This document shows, one piece after another, positions 12,422-25,700 of a DNA stretch of 64,000 bases. The position numbers and the translations under genes were made by a program. Position 1 is the first letter of the stretch; the number at the start of each line of letters is the position of its first letter. Under the pieces are notes generated by a model that saw only the letters and a list, made by a program, of their open reading frames with translations, searched no databases and was not told the origin of the DNA. Source of the DNA: Azolla caroliniana (Eukaryota > Plantae > Polypodiophyta); NCBI GenBank assembly GCA_043228905.1, contig JBHGNT010000012.1, positions 11,532,001 through 11,596,000 of the forward strand, given 5' to 3'.

Positions 12422-13126
12422 ATGGATGGCGAATATCTCATGGAGGCAATGGCAAGAAGGATGATGGAGTTTCTGAGAGAAGAGAAAAGAAGAAATGAAG
12501 CCCAACAAGCCGTCGACAAAGTAGTCGAACGAATGAGCTATTTCAACGGCGCCGATGTCCAAAGTTTCCTAAAAGTCTACAATGCGGAGATGGATTCAAG
12601 AGGTGTGGACAAAGCTATGAGGCTAGAGTACTTTTGTCGGGTGGTGTCTCAACCGATCTTCAAAGATGTAGAAGAGCTTCTAGAAGCTCATGATTCGTGG
12701 TCGACTTTCGAGAAGGCTCTATTGGAGGAATATGGCTATGAGAGACCGAAGGGACAAGATCGACGCAACTTCGACCAATGGGTGGCATCAGCGAAGACCC
12801 ACCAAGGCGCAACACAAGCATTCGTAGACTTCGAGCATCATTTTTCTCAATTGTCGGAGCGGGAACAAAGATTGGTGGGGGTCGATAAGGTCCTTATGTT
12901 CGTCAAGTCAATCGATCGAATGGAAAGGATGACAATCGGCCTCAAACTCGAAGAAGATGACGGTGCAAATGGACTCATCGAGGATTGGAGCAAAGTGGAA
13001 AGTGTATGCCGACTACACGATAAGGGGCAAAGCGAGAATATCGATGACAACAAGACGGCCCATGAGGGACGATCGAAGAGGGACGAGATGCAACAACGCA
13101 CCACCAACAAAAGAAATGAAGCTTAG
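12422..13126 (+). CDS. gag: Gag-like (capsid) protein of element X
   Basis: Intact 234-aa ORF just after the PBS (FNGADVQSFLKVYNAEM...WSTFEKALLEEYG). Homologues at 219-600 and 53140-53710. Confidence 0.7.
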   Translation: MDGEYLMEAMARRMMEFLREEKRRNEAQQAVDKVVERMSYFNGADVQSFLKVYNAEMDSRGVDKAMRLEYFCRVVSQPIFKDVEELLEAHDSWSTFEKALLEEYGYERPKGQDRRNFDQWVASAKTHQGATQAFVDFEHHFSQLSEREQRLVGVDKVLMFVKSIDRMERMTIGLKLEEDDGANGLIEDWSKVESVCRLHDKGQSENIDDNKTAHEGRSKRDEMQQRTTNKRNEA

Positions 13127-14648
13127 AAGGGAGACAAAACCGAGGCGAATGGTGATCGAGGAAGAAGAGACCTCCCAACAAATGCGGGTTAATGAAGTGG
13201 CCGATACAAAGGCTCTAGTTCGGTATGACGGTACCGAGAGAGAAGGTGTGAAACAAGTCACCTTCTTGTCTTACAAAGAAACGACGGCGAAGGAGGAGGC
13301 CGATGACTCGAGGACGGCGAACGCCACTTCGAGGGAGGATAAATGTTTCGGAACACGCATTGTGTACGAAACATCGGGTGATGACGGCGCAAGCATGAGA
13401 AAAGCTTGCATGATCGAGGGAGAAAAAGTGTTTGAGTCTGAAGAGATTGAGGAGGTAGCCATGACAAACGACATCGAGTCGGAGGTGGCTATGGACGAGT
13501 CGACAACGGATAGCCATGTCAAGACTTTCTCCACGATTGTTCCAGAGACTTCGGCGGTTGCACCCGTGTGCCAACGTGAGACCGGAGAGACGGAAGGTGG
13601 TGACGGGAAGACAAAGGCCCAACACAAAGAGGAAGAAGATCGAGGAAGAAAGGATATCCCCACACCTATTCTAGAGACTTCGGCGGTTGTGCACGTGCGC
13701 CAACGTGAGACCGGAGAGACAGAATGTGTGGACAAAAAAGAGGACGACCGGAAGGGCGATGAAGAAGACAAGGTAAATGTAAATGAACGAAGGGATTCCT
13801 TCACACTGGTTCCGGAGACTTCGGCAGTCGAGACCGTGTGTCGACATAAGACCGAAGATAAAGGAGGTGGCGAAGAAGAGACAATATGGCTCGAGGCGAG
13901 CATACACGGAGGGAAGGATATGGCCGACGTGGAGGCCAAGGATGAAGCTGTGGTTGAGTTCGATGGAGAGGTTGCATGCGGGAAGGAAGGAAGAGTCGAG
14001 AACCGGTTGAACCGGAAGACGATCCGGCCGGGATTCCGACCCGAACGAAGGAAGATCCACATGGGAGCCGATCGACCGGGGCCGACCCGGCCGAAACCTG
14101 ATTCGGCGAAAATCGATCGGACGATTCCGATCCAAAAGGGGGCCGACCCAGCCAGAATCAATCGGTCGAGCCCGACTCGGGGAAATGTGAATGCAGACGA
14201 AGGCCAACCAAGCCAAGAAGCGATCGGTGGAGACCGATCCGGACAAGGGCAAACCCGGCCTAATCGGAGATCGACACGAACGATCTACAATACCAAGTTG
14301 AAGACAGTGAGCGTGAGGAGTGGCCAGGAGTCCAATCGAAGGACACGCGCGGTGGACGAAGGAAGAGCGGTCGTATCGACGACATCGTTCGGTAGATCTA
14401 CTACAACCGATCGGGGAAGAAGGTGTGAGCGCCGGATATGGTGGATCGGGTGGCTACGGTGGTTCGGTTGGAAAGATTGCGCATACTCGAAGTGGAAGAC
14501 GAAGTCGACGAGCGTGCAGAAGAACTCGGTTGATCACCGTTGCCAAAGATCTCACCTCTTCACCTTTCTCGGCACATACCGGAGGATGTGCGGGTTTGGT
14601 GGGGGTGGATGTCGTGACGATTTTCGGCTACGGTGTGAAACCGAGTGA
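12957..14648 (+). CDS. Low-complexity E/K/T-rich ORF with internal PETSAV...ETGE repeats; probable frameshifted extension of gag
   Basis: 563-codon stop-free ORF overlapping the gag end. The same repeats occur in element Y (54070-54580). No recognisable enzyme domain. Confidence 0.4.
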   Translation: MTVQMDSSRIGAKWKVYADYTIRGKARISMTTRRPMRDDRRGTRCNNAPPTKEMKLRRETKPRRMVIEEEETSQQMRVNEVADTKALVRYDGTEREGVKQVTFLSYKETTAKEEADDSRTANATSREDKCFGTRIVYETSGDDGASMRKACMIEGEKVFESEEIEEVAMTNDIESEVAMDESTTDSHVKTFSTIVPETSAVAPVCQRETGETEGGDGKTKAQHKEEEDRGRKDIPTPILETSAVVHVRQRETGETECVDKKEDDRKGDEEDKVNVNERRDSFTLVPETSAVETVCRHKTEDKGGGEEETIWLEASIHGGKDMADVEAKDEAVVEFDGEVACGKEGRVENRLNRKTIRPGFRPERRKIHMGADRPGPTRPKPDSAKIDRTIPIQKGADPARINRSSPTRGNVNADEGQPSQEAIGGDRSGQGQTRPNRRSTRTIYNTKLKTVSVRSGQESNRRTRAVDEGRAVVSTTSFGRSTTTDRGRRCERRIWWIGWLRWFGWKDCAYSKWKTKSTSVQKNSVDHRCQRSHLFTFLGTYRRMCGFGGGGCRDDFRLRCETE

Positions 14649-17600
14649 GACGAATAAACCAAGGATGTGCAACATTGCACATGCACTTAGCAAATAAACC
14701 TAGCCTAGTGGCACTTGAGTTCATACAGAGGGGTGCAAGCAAAGATTGAACCTTGCACCTCTAACATACAAGATAATTGCCTTACCACTAGGACAACTAT
14801 CATATAGTGTAGATTGTATGTATTTCCTTTTGATATACAAATTATAGACGAAACTACCATAGAAAACCATGTGCACAAAACCATGGTTTTAAACCCATGG
14901 TTTGTGCATGACATAAGCAAAACCGTGTGCACAAAACCATGGTTTTAGCCCATAGTTTTGTGCATGTCACGAGCATGGAAAGACCTATAAAAGCCTCTAG
15001 TTGGGCTTGTGTAAGGGGGGCTCAATATGTGATATCACCAACACCATTATCATCAATATAATATTTGTCTTTATCTTCTTCATATTTTTCTACTTCTCAA
15101 GTGTACAATTTTCTTCTTCTCAAGTAAACCATTTTCATTTAATCTTACATTGATCGTCATCTAGCGTCGATAATTCCGCGATCATCCTCCCCAGTCCAAG
15201 ACCCCGGTGGTCGCTCGAGTAGCACACGCACGCGCGAATCTTCGCGACAGCGGCACCCGAATCGACACAAAGAGACTTCCCGTCGTGGGAGCAATCGGCG
15301 AGCAGGGTATTGTACTGCTTCGCGTCGTGTGTGGGCGAACAACTATTGAGTTATGTTCGGGATGCAAAGACGCCGAAGGGTGCGTGGGAAATTTTGAAGA
15401 AGATTTTCGCAGCGAGCACCACAGCCAGGAAGCTTCAGCTCCGACAGGAGTTGAGCAACCTACGACAACGCGACTTGTCGGTGGCGGACTATACCTCGAA
15501 GATCAAGGATATCTGCGACTCCCTCGCCTCCATAGAGGTGAACATCGAGGAGAGCGAGATGGTCCAGATCTGTCTCGGAGGTTTGGCGTCGAAGTTCGGA
15601 GAGTTCCGAACGGCTGTGTGTACCCGGTAGAATACACCGTCCTTTTTCGACTTACAGTCGATGCTCCTGGTAGAGGAGAACCACGCGGGTGCATCTACAA
15701 GCGTGCACACCGACAGTAGAATGTTGTACACGGAGGGAGATAGGCCCCATGGACGTGGAGGACGAGGCGAGTCGGCACGCAATGGAGGCGGTCGACGAGA
15801 TCAAGAAAGAAGGCACCGAAGTGTTGCCGACAGCAACTCCGGACCCTCCGGAAACAGGGGGAGTCAAAGCGATGCGAACCGGCAAGGGAAGTCCATCGCG
15901 GAGTGCTGGTACTATGGCAAGAAAGGCCACAGGGAAAGTGAGTGCTAGAAGAAGCGCGGCGATTCGGAGAGAACTGGTTCCGGGAACGGCTCCAGACATA
16001 CCGACAAGGGAAATCGGCAGCGATCGCACTACGCCAAAGACTCCGGGAGAGCCGGAGAAGGGTCTGTCCTCGTGACGAGACCCGAGATCGGACGAGGTGT
16101 GGTACGTAGACTCCGGCACGTCTAACCACATGACGAACCATAAGGAGTGGTTCTCATACCTTGAAAAACCGATACAACCGGGAGTAGTCGCAACAGGAGA
16201 CGACACTCCGCATCCGATCGCGAATGTCGGTGAAGTTCCCCTTAGCCATGTCGGGCAGAAAGGGAAACTCAAGAACGTGTTGCACGTTCCGACAATCACG
16301 AAGAACTTGGTCTCGGTCGGACAGATCATCGACCAAGGGATGGAGGTTCGGTTTACACACCTCGGGTGCTTCATTGAGGAAGAAGGCCGTGTGATTGCGC
16401 AAGGGCACAAAGACGGGAGGATGTTCATCCTCGACTCCACTGACGGCGGCACCGCAATGTTCGTGAAGGGACAAAAGACCGAGTCGGACATCGACTTATG
16501 GCACAAGCGGATAGGCCACGTTAACTACCAACGGCTTCAAGATCTGCAAACGAAACAGGTAGTGTTCGAATTGCCCAAATTTAGTGGCCGAAAGGCACAA
16601 ATTTGTGATGCCTGCCAGCTCGGGAAGCAACACCGACTTCCCTTCCCCAACGAGTGAAACTGGAGCCGGAACAAGCTCGACCTTATACACTCCGATGTAT
16701 GGGGGCCGACACAAAACGTTAGTCTTGGCGGGAGCCGATATTTCATCTCCTTCATCGACGACCACATGTGGCACACGTGGATCTACCTCATTGAGAGGAA
16801 GAGCGATGTCTTCGACTGTTTCCGGGACCTCAAAGGGTTCGTGGAAGCCAAAACGGGACGAAAGATCAAGTGCCTGCGGTCGGATGGCAGAAAAGAGTAC
16901 TTTTCTGGTCAATTCAACGGTTATCTACAACAAATGGGAATTCGCCGCGAATTCAGTTGTAGATACACGCCAGAGCAGAATGGCGTGGCCGAGAGAAAGA
17001 ATCGGTCAGTTGTGGAAGTGGCACGGGCAATGCTGGAGGAGAAGAGCTTGCCCAAGCTCTACTGGGCTGAGGCGGTAAGGACCGCGGTATACATCCTGAA
17101 CCGGATCGGAGACAAAGTGTCGGCGCACGAGCTATATTTCGGAACGAAGCCGAACTTGCGACACTTGAGGGTGTTCGGTAGCATTGCGTATGTGCATGTA
17201 CCGAAGGAGAAAAGGAGGAAGTTAGACGCAAAGGCCGAGAAGTGCATCTTGGTCGGTTACTCGGACGAGTAGAAGGGTTATAAGTGTTATAACCCTCGCA
17301 CCAAACAAGCGCGTGTCAGCCGCGACGTTGTGTTTGACGAGTCCGTGTCCTGGTACCTGCCCCCGACTCGGAACCCCGACTCCAATACGAGTTCTGACGA
17401 TGAGGTCAGCGAGGCTGAGATGCCTCCGGATGAGCCAGAAATCGAGACCTATGAAGAGAGTCCAATTTCACTCCGGTTAAGTGGACCAATTGGACGACTG
17501 AGTCAATACGACAAATCCGATGAAGAGCCGGCGAGTAGTGGAGACTCGGCCGTGCATTCCCCACACAGGAAGCCGAGGAGACGGCTTACGCGCAAAGAGA

Positions 17601-19280
17601 AAGGGAAGAAGAAGGTGTCGGATTCCGGCACGGAAAGGAACGAGTCAGACCGACGCGAGTCCGACTCCGAGGGAACCGGTGACAGGTCTTTAAAGATGAA
17701 GACTGCGTCGGCCGAGAAGGCCTTGACATCGGCTGATGTGAGATTACGCCGATCTACCCGCCAAAAGAACCCAGTTGTGCGATTCGGATACAACGAGTAC
17801 ATGGCGCATCATTATGCGTACATGACCCGTGTAGCGGAAGTGCGTGAGCCGGAGAGCTACGCAGAAGCGGCTAAAGACGTGAATTGGCATGCCGCGATGG
17901 AGGAAGAGATGCACGCATTGGCGGAGAACGAGACCTGGGACCTGGTTGACGCACCGAAGGGTGTGAAGCCGATCGGGTGTAGATGGGTGTACAAAGTCAA
18001 GTACAACACCGATGGCTCGGTCAACCGGTACAAGGCTCGGCTGGTGGCAAAGGGCTACGCGCAGAAACATGGCATCGACTACGATGAGACGTTTGCGCCG
18101 GTCGCGAAAATGACGACCGTTCGTGTTTTGCTCGCAGTAGCCACGGCCAAGGGGTGGCACTTACATCAGATGGATGTAAAGAATGCGTTCCTACAAGGTG
18201 ACCTTGAGGAACATGTGTACATGGTACAACCCCCCGGATTTCACTCCGGAACGAACTCCTCGGCAGTATGCCGACTGAAGAAGTCCCTTTACGGACTGAA
18301 GCAAGCCCCGCGTGCCTGGAACGCGAAGATCACGCAACAACTGAGTCGGTTGGGCTTCGTCACGTCAAAATCGGACTCTTCCCTGTTCATCCGGAAAGGT
18401 CGACTCGGACCGGTTAGTATTTTACTGTATGTTGATGACTTGGTCATCACCGACGCCGACCTAGGTGAAATCGACCGCGTGAAGCTCCAGCTTGCGGCAT
18501 CGTTCGACATGAAGGATCTGGGGGACCTTCATTACTTCCTCGGGATCGAAGTGATCTGTACCCCCGAAGGCATATTGATCAGCCAACGTGATTACGTGTT
18601 GAGTATGCTCTTCAAACTCGGGATGGCCGACTGTAAGTCCATCTCGACTCCTCTAGACAGAACCATCAAGCTTCGTCCCGATACGGGAAAGGTATGCGAC
18701 CCGACGAGGTTCCGACAAATTGTCGAAAGCCTCATATACTTGACCATCACCCAACCCGACCTCAGTTATCCGGTTGGGGTGATCAGTCAGTTCATGGCGC
18801 GACCTACCCAGGAGCACCTTCAGTGTGCGCAACGCGTACTTCGGTACGTAAGTGGCACTAAGGACCAAGGACTGCTATATCGGACCGGTGCAGCCGTGCA
18901 GTTAGTCGGCTACACCGATACTGATTCGGCTGGCCACACCGCCGATCGCCGATCCACGTCCGGATACGCGTTCTCCCTCAGGAGTGCCACGATCGCGTGG
19001 AGCAGTAAGAAGCAGCCAATAGTTGCTCTGTCGAGCACCGAAACTGAGTATCGAGGAGCGGCTGTCGCGACATGCGAAGCCATATGGTTGAAGCGGCTAC
19101 TTAAGGACCTGCAAGAGGAGGTGTCAGATCCGATGCCGATCTACTGCGACAACGTCAGCAGTATCCAGCTCGCGAAGAACCCCGTCTTCCACGCACGGAC
19201 CAAGCACATTGAGGTGCACTACCACTTCGTCCGTGAGCGTGTCCTTTCCGGTGAAGTCGAACTTCAGTACGTTCTGACGG

Positions 19281-19390
19281 TAGAGAGACACAATTATTGA
19301 GAGGCAAAATGTGTTTACACATATGAATATACTCATTCTTACTCATGTGCACATTTGCACATACCCCTACAACATGACTTTTAATACAAA
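19281..19390. repeat. Internally deleted fragment of the 39694-40211 LTR family
   Basis: GACACAATTATTGAGAGGCAAAA and TGTGTTTACACATA...CATGACTTTTAATAC match about 39949-40209. Confidence 0.75.
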
Positions 19391-22300
19391 GGCTTTACTT
19401 ATCTATCCACGTACCATTACTTATACACTCATGCACTTACAATCCCATAGATAACACATAGGGCACACCCATGGGACAATGCTTTGCACGGGTGAATCCA
19501 AATGCCTTCAATAAACATGAACATCGGTGCTTGGACCAGAACTTACGACCAGAACTCCCTCGGTCTTCTCCTATTGTGTTGGTCAGAACTCCATCAACTG
19601 GAACACATGTAGCATAAACTTATATTTCAACGACACAAACCTATCATTCAGTCAGCACATCTGTGAACATAAAAACTTCGGTACTTTCTTTTGAGTCTTC
19701 AAATGGTATTGTGTGTATGTCTATGTGTTTTTATTTTATGTGAATTTTCGTGAGTTTACAAATTTTAGGATCTACTGTCATGTTTTTGAAATTCTATGTA
19801 TTGCCCTTGAGATTTTTGAAATTCAATGGTTGCCCTTAAGTTTTTGAAATTGTGTTGATGTCCTTTGGTGTTTAAAATTCCATTACTCGCCCTTGATTGT
19901 ATAACCTTCACATTTTCTGAAATTTTGCATATGCCCCTCGCTTTTTCTTCTTCTTTCTTTTGTCTTCCTCTTTTTTTTTTCTTCTTCTTTCTCATGTTCA
20001 TCTTTTGTATTCTTGAATTTCTTTTCTTTTCGGAGGTTGTCTTCTTCTGTTCTTTCTTCTTTTGTCTTTCATCTCTAGCCATCTGTTCGTCTATCTGGCC
20101 ATCCGACCGTCTATTTTTCCTTTCTTTTTATCTCTGTTTGGCCCCGTTCGGCCGTTTCTCTGATGCTTTGGTTTGCGTAGCTCGTGCTTTCTTTGAAGCC
20201 TTCTCTTGAGTTGATTGGACCATGTCCTTACTTCCCTCTCTCACTTCTTTCACGTTCTCTTGGGTCATCTTTGAGGCATCCGAAGCCTTCTCCTTGGCGG
20301 TCTTCGTGGAATCCGAGCCCTTCTTCTTGCTTCCCGATTACCTTCTATCTTTCTTTCGTCCTTCCTTCTTTCCCCTCATTCAATCTTTTCCTCTTTCACT
20401 ATTATAACATTATCATCATCATATTGTGAAGCTATCTCTCTCTCATCAGAAGGTTCTTCAATAGACTCTCCTTTAACAAAACAGAAGACTCTGCACTTGG
20501 CCGTTGTCGGCCACTCCCTGGCCAATTGTTGTTGTCCAACTGTCGACCGCTGCTATCTGGCCTCCACTCGGCCAATGTGTGGAAATATTTAACCTAAATA
20601 TCACATTATTATTAATTAGAAATATTTAAGTAATTACGAAGAGTTATTTATTATTAGACTTTAGAGAAAACTCTTCATTGAAGAGACATAACTTTTTGTC
20701 CATCGTCTCTACAAACAAGCCTTTGGCTAATGTAATAAAATACAATCAATATAGAACAATTTTGTATATGTGTGATCTCTCTCTTTAGCAATCATTCACT
20801 ATTTGTATAATTACCGAATTCTACATGGTATCAAATTTATAGATTTGTACATCTATCAAATATGACTAGAGAATCCCAGAAGCGTTGATTGATTTGTCAT
20901 CAAGACAAGCGCTAAGCTAGATAGCCCTCTTCCATAAAAATGGCACAATCCTCTACTCATGTAAACATTCTCAACACACACAAACTTTCGTTAATAAAGT
21001 TATCAAAGCAAATTATGGCATTTGGAGTGCTCGACTCGAATTATTATTTTAACACTACAAACTTTGGGATGTAGTGTTAGGATTATCAACAAAACCTGAT
21101 CTCCCCGGACGTGATCAAGTTATTTGGGAAGAGAAAGACCTTGTGGAAAAGATGGAATTATTAGCGCATATATCATCAAATGTTCAAGGAGAAGCGGTCA
21201 GAAAGCTACAAACTTCACATCAAATTTGGGAGACATTAAAGACACAATACGAACCAAAGACGGATGCAGCACAAGTGCACACACTACATGCATATGTCAC
21301 ATTTACAATGAGAGAAGAAGAAGATGTAGATAATTTTCTAACCACTTGGGAAATGAAATTGGGTGATACAATTACACTGGCTTGGCCATTTCCGACAAAC
21401 TACAAAGATGTTTATTATTAGGTTACAACAACTTGATGCAAGCTTTCGTGGCTGAAGCACTTGTCGAGGATATACCAACAAAGAAGGATGACAAATGGTA
21501 TCTCAACATTAGAGAAACAAATCACCTCACACATCGATCGGATTTGGAAATAATGGAGTAAAACAAGCATTAGGCAAAGGCCAACTTACATTTCATCTCC
21601 CGGGAGGAGGAAACTTCACCATCAATGATGTGTACCATGTGCCTGGTATATCCAAGAACCTCCCCTCGATAAGTCAAGCAACTTCGAATGGAACCATCAT
21701 CGAGTTCCATCATAACCAAGCCGTGATTCTTCATGTTCTACCAAATGGTCTCACGATGCGAACTTCCTGTAAAAGACAAGGAGGGTTATATCCGATTAGT
21801 GTACATCCAACAACCCAATCAAAAATCGAAGTTCACACAACCTAAATCGAAAGACAAGAGGAACTCGCCTTACTTTGGCACTATCGAATTAGACATCCAC
21901 ACCTTGTTGCTATGCGAACACTCCAAACTCACAACCTCCCTCAAGGAGTCCCAAAGGATATGTTTTGCATTATTGACTTATGTGAGGTGTACTTGTTCGG
22001 CAAAATGGCATCATCAAAGTTTCCTACAAGTAATTCACGAAGAAGTCGACCTCTTGAACTCGTCCATAGTGACATTAGCGGTCCATTGCCAACTCAATCA
22101 CTTTTAAAATCAAAATATCTTATTAGTTTCATTGATGATTATACAAGGTTTACGATACTAACATTCCTCAAAAGCAAAGACCAAGCTTTCACAGCTTTTA
22201 CAAATTACAAATCACTAACAGAAAAGAAACTAAATCTACAATTGAAATGTCTACAATCTGATGGGGGAGGAGAATAAACAATTTTACAAAATTTTGTAAA

Positions 22301-22734
22301 GACCATGGAATTTTACAACCAATTTCTGTTCCTTCAACACCACAACAAAATGGTCTACCCAAACGAAAGAATCGAACATTCCTTAATTCGGCCCGGAGCA
22401 TGCTGAACCTCGCGTCACTTTTGCCCTCATTTTGGGAAGAAGCTATCGCAACAACATGTTATCTCCAAAATCTTAACTATCATCGAACACTTGGGTTAAT
22501 CACACCATACGAGTTATGGTTTGGAGTAAAACCAAATATGCAAGATCTTAAAATTTCTGGTTGCCTTGCATACGCCTTCGTTCCTACTGAAAAACGATCC
22601 AAGTTAGAACAAAGAGCTAGAAAAGTGATTTTTGGTGGGTACGGAGATGCAAACAGCTACAAAGCTTACCGTTTTTTTGACCCAACCAAGAACACCTTCT
22701 TTTATAGTCATACTATCAAATTTGATGAGTCACC

Positions 22735-25700
22735 TATTAGAGATATGAACTAATGTAAGAATAAAATAAGGATAAAAGATAGATCTAGATAGAAAGGAGA
22801 GAGAGAAAGAAGGGTGTTGATCCACCCGACCACCCCCGAGCGAAGGGATCGAGACGAACTCGAGCCTCGATTGGTGTCCCATACCACCATGGCGTTGAGT
22901 TGTACCCGGTGCTGGCGCGCTTGCTACAAGAGTTGATCCACCACGAAACAGAGTCTCGACGTAGTCAACCAGATGATGAAATGAGGGTAGCTAGTCCTCT
23001 TATTTATAGCGATACCCAAGGCCCCCAGGCAAGTTCACACTTGGCGTAATGAGTTGTCTCAATCCCGAGGATTAAAAGTAATCCTCCCCTTCTTTACACT
23101 CTCGTTTAACACTCACACTTATCCACGTGGCTAGAATACTGCGGTAAATTCTCACCACGGGATATTATATGGTCATGCCCGTAACATACTCCCCTCCCCC
23201 TCTTTAAAACATTGCACTCTTGCAATGGAAAGTTAGGGAAGTTAGTTCTAAGAGTATTTTCGCGTTCCCATGTGGCATCTTTTATTGATTTATCCATCCA
23301 TTTTATTTTAAATTTTCGGATTTCTTTAGTACGTAATTTTTTTGTTTTAACATCGAGAATTCTTTCTGGTACATGTGGTTTACAAGATAATTCTTTAGAA
23401 GTAACCAGAGTTTCAGTTCTAACTATATTGTTGCAAGAACCTAGAAGTTCTTTTAGACGACTCACATGAAAAACTGGATGAATTTCAACACCATCGGGAA
23501 GAGCGAGACGATAGGCTGATGACCCAATGCGTTTGAGAACTGTAAAAGGTCCACAAAACCGTAGGGCTAACTTAGTGCACTTACCCTTAGACGATGTCTT
23601 AGAATTGTGAGGTACACGTAAAAATACCTTCTGTCCAAGGTTGAATACACGAGGTTGCCTATGATGATCGACATAAAAATGCGCTCTATCTTGAGTTGTT
23701 TTTATATTATCTCGTGCAATATGCAACATATCTTGCATATCCTGAAGAAAATTTTGCGTACTTCGCAACTCATCATGATGTATATTAACATCAATTGGGG
23801 CTCGTGGCTGAAAACCATACATCAACTAAAAGGACTATATCGCGTCGACGTATGCTTGGAGTTGTTATAAGCAAACTCCAAAATTGGGAGATAACGTTCC
23901 CATTTTGTTGGTTTTGTACCAATGTATGCTCGAAGCATGTCCTTGATAATTTGATTTACTTGTAACTTTGTTTGTCCATCGGATTGAGGATGATCCATGG
24001 AGCTCATGCTCAACGTAGTTTCTAACTTCTTAAAGACTTGTGTCCAGAAGTCACTAGTAAATTTTGGATCTCGATCACTCACGATATCCATCAGTAACCC
24101 ATAAAAATGAAATAACTCATCAAGGAATTGGTAAGCCAATTCAGGAGTTGTTACCATGGTTTTAGTAGCAATAAATTTGGCCATTTTAGTTAGTCTATCG
24201 ACCACAACCCAGATGGCATCATGGCCTTTTTGGGTGCGAGGAAGGCTAACAATAAAATCCATGGATATACTTTCCCACTTATTATTGGGAATGTCCAAGG
24301 GATGTAAAAGTCATGCGGCTTTAAGTCGCTCGGCTTTGTTAACTTGACATTGGTGACATTTAGTCACATAACTATGTATGTCAGGGTGCATCTTAGGCCA
24401 ATAGAATTGAGTGGAGATGAGAACGAGTGTGCAATGTATTCTAGGGTGCCCTGTTGAGGGTGCATCATGGCATTAAAAAAGAATCATCTTTTGGACCTCG
24501 GGTAAATCTGGAACACAAACTTTCCCATTACGGTAGAGCAGACCATTAGCAATGTGGAAGTATTCCTTCAAGGATGTGGTGGTGTCCGTTCCAGACTCAA
24601 CTCTTGCCCAGTATTTTGCAAAATAACTGCCATCAGGATACTTTCCTTGAAGGTGATCATAAAGATTTGATGTTATTTTAGTGAAGCTAAGCATGTTAAC
24701 TTCACGGATGCGACTTAGTGCATTAGTGATAGTGTTCATGGAACCTTTACGATATCGTATGGAAAAATCAAAGTCCTGGATGAGATCAACCCATCGTGCC
24801 TTACCACCTTTCAGGTATTGTTGGTCACGAAAATATTTCAAGGACTCGTGGTTCGTAGTTACCACAAAGCGATTTGCATAAAGATAATGGCGCCATGTTT
24901 TGAGCGCATGTATAACTGCAAATAATTCCTTTTCTTGAACGGTATACTAAGATTGAGCAGAATCATGTTTCTTACTCTCAAATGCTATTGGTTTACCATC
25001 TTGATATAAGACAACACCTATAGCATAATCGCTTGCATCGGTTTCAACCTCAAAAGGTTTTGAAGGATCGAGTAAAAGAAGTGAAGGAGCCTTGCATACC
25101 AGGTGCTTGAGTTCCTTAAAGGCGACGCCTAACGTAGCATTCTAGACAATAGGTTTTGTAGACTTACGCGTTTGACCTTTTAGAAGATCAGTAAACGACG
25201 TCTTCAATTGGGAGTAATTATGAAGGGATTTTCGCAAAAACCCGACAAAACCAAGGAATGATCGAACTTCTCGAATATTCGGAAGAATGGGCCAAAGCTT
25301 GATTTTCTCGATGCAAGACGGATCAATTTCAACTCCTCGTTTGGTTATGAGATGTCCAAGATAAGTAATTGATTTCTTGAAGAACTCACATTTTGAGATT
25401 TTCGCATAAAATTGTTTGTCATGCTATGTTTGTAAAACAAAGCGGACATGTTTAGCATGTTCTTGTAATGTATGACTATAAACTAAAATATCATCCAAGA
25501 AAATAATGGCAAATTTTCCAAGCTGTTCTCGGAAAACGTCATTCATTTCTTGCTGAAATGTAGCCGGAGCATTGGTCAAACCAAAAGGCATAACCAAAAA
25601 CTCATAATGGCCATAGCGCATACGAAATGCCGTTTTAGGAACATCGTCCTCACTTATACGAATTAGATGGTAGCCAGTATGGAGATCAAGTTTCGTAAAA

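Larger units (their letters stand above)
11738..15249 (+). mobile_element. Element X: young non-autonomous gag-only LTR retrotransposon (TR-GAG-like), 3512 bp
   Basis: 640-bp LTRs at 11738-12377 and 14610-15249 with about 2 substitutions. 4-bp TSD GCGG. PBS TGGTGAACCCGACGTGA. GGTGGGGGTGGA before the 3' LTR. Removal restores host gag (ANDAAPES). No pol motifs. Confidence 0.93.
11142..19280 (+). mobile_element. Ty1/Copia family B copy 1 (5' LTR to end of RNase H; 3' end lost), interrupted by element X
   Basis: LTR 11142-11529, PBS TGGTATCAGAG at 11530. Gag MDRGMVSSLPTEKLDRTNYASW resumes at 15254. WYVDSGTSNH, LWHKRIGH, TPEQNGVAERKNR. RT/RNaseH ORF 17330-19300 (KARLVAKG, QMDVKNAFL, YVDD, CDN, RTKHIEVHYHFVRE). 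Confidence 0.93.

Noticed and set aside
13215-14252. Antisense ORFs in element X
   Set aside because: They are shadow frames of the purine-rich sense ORF.
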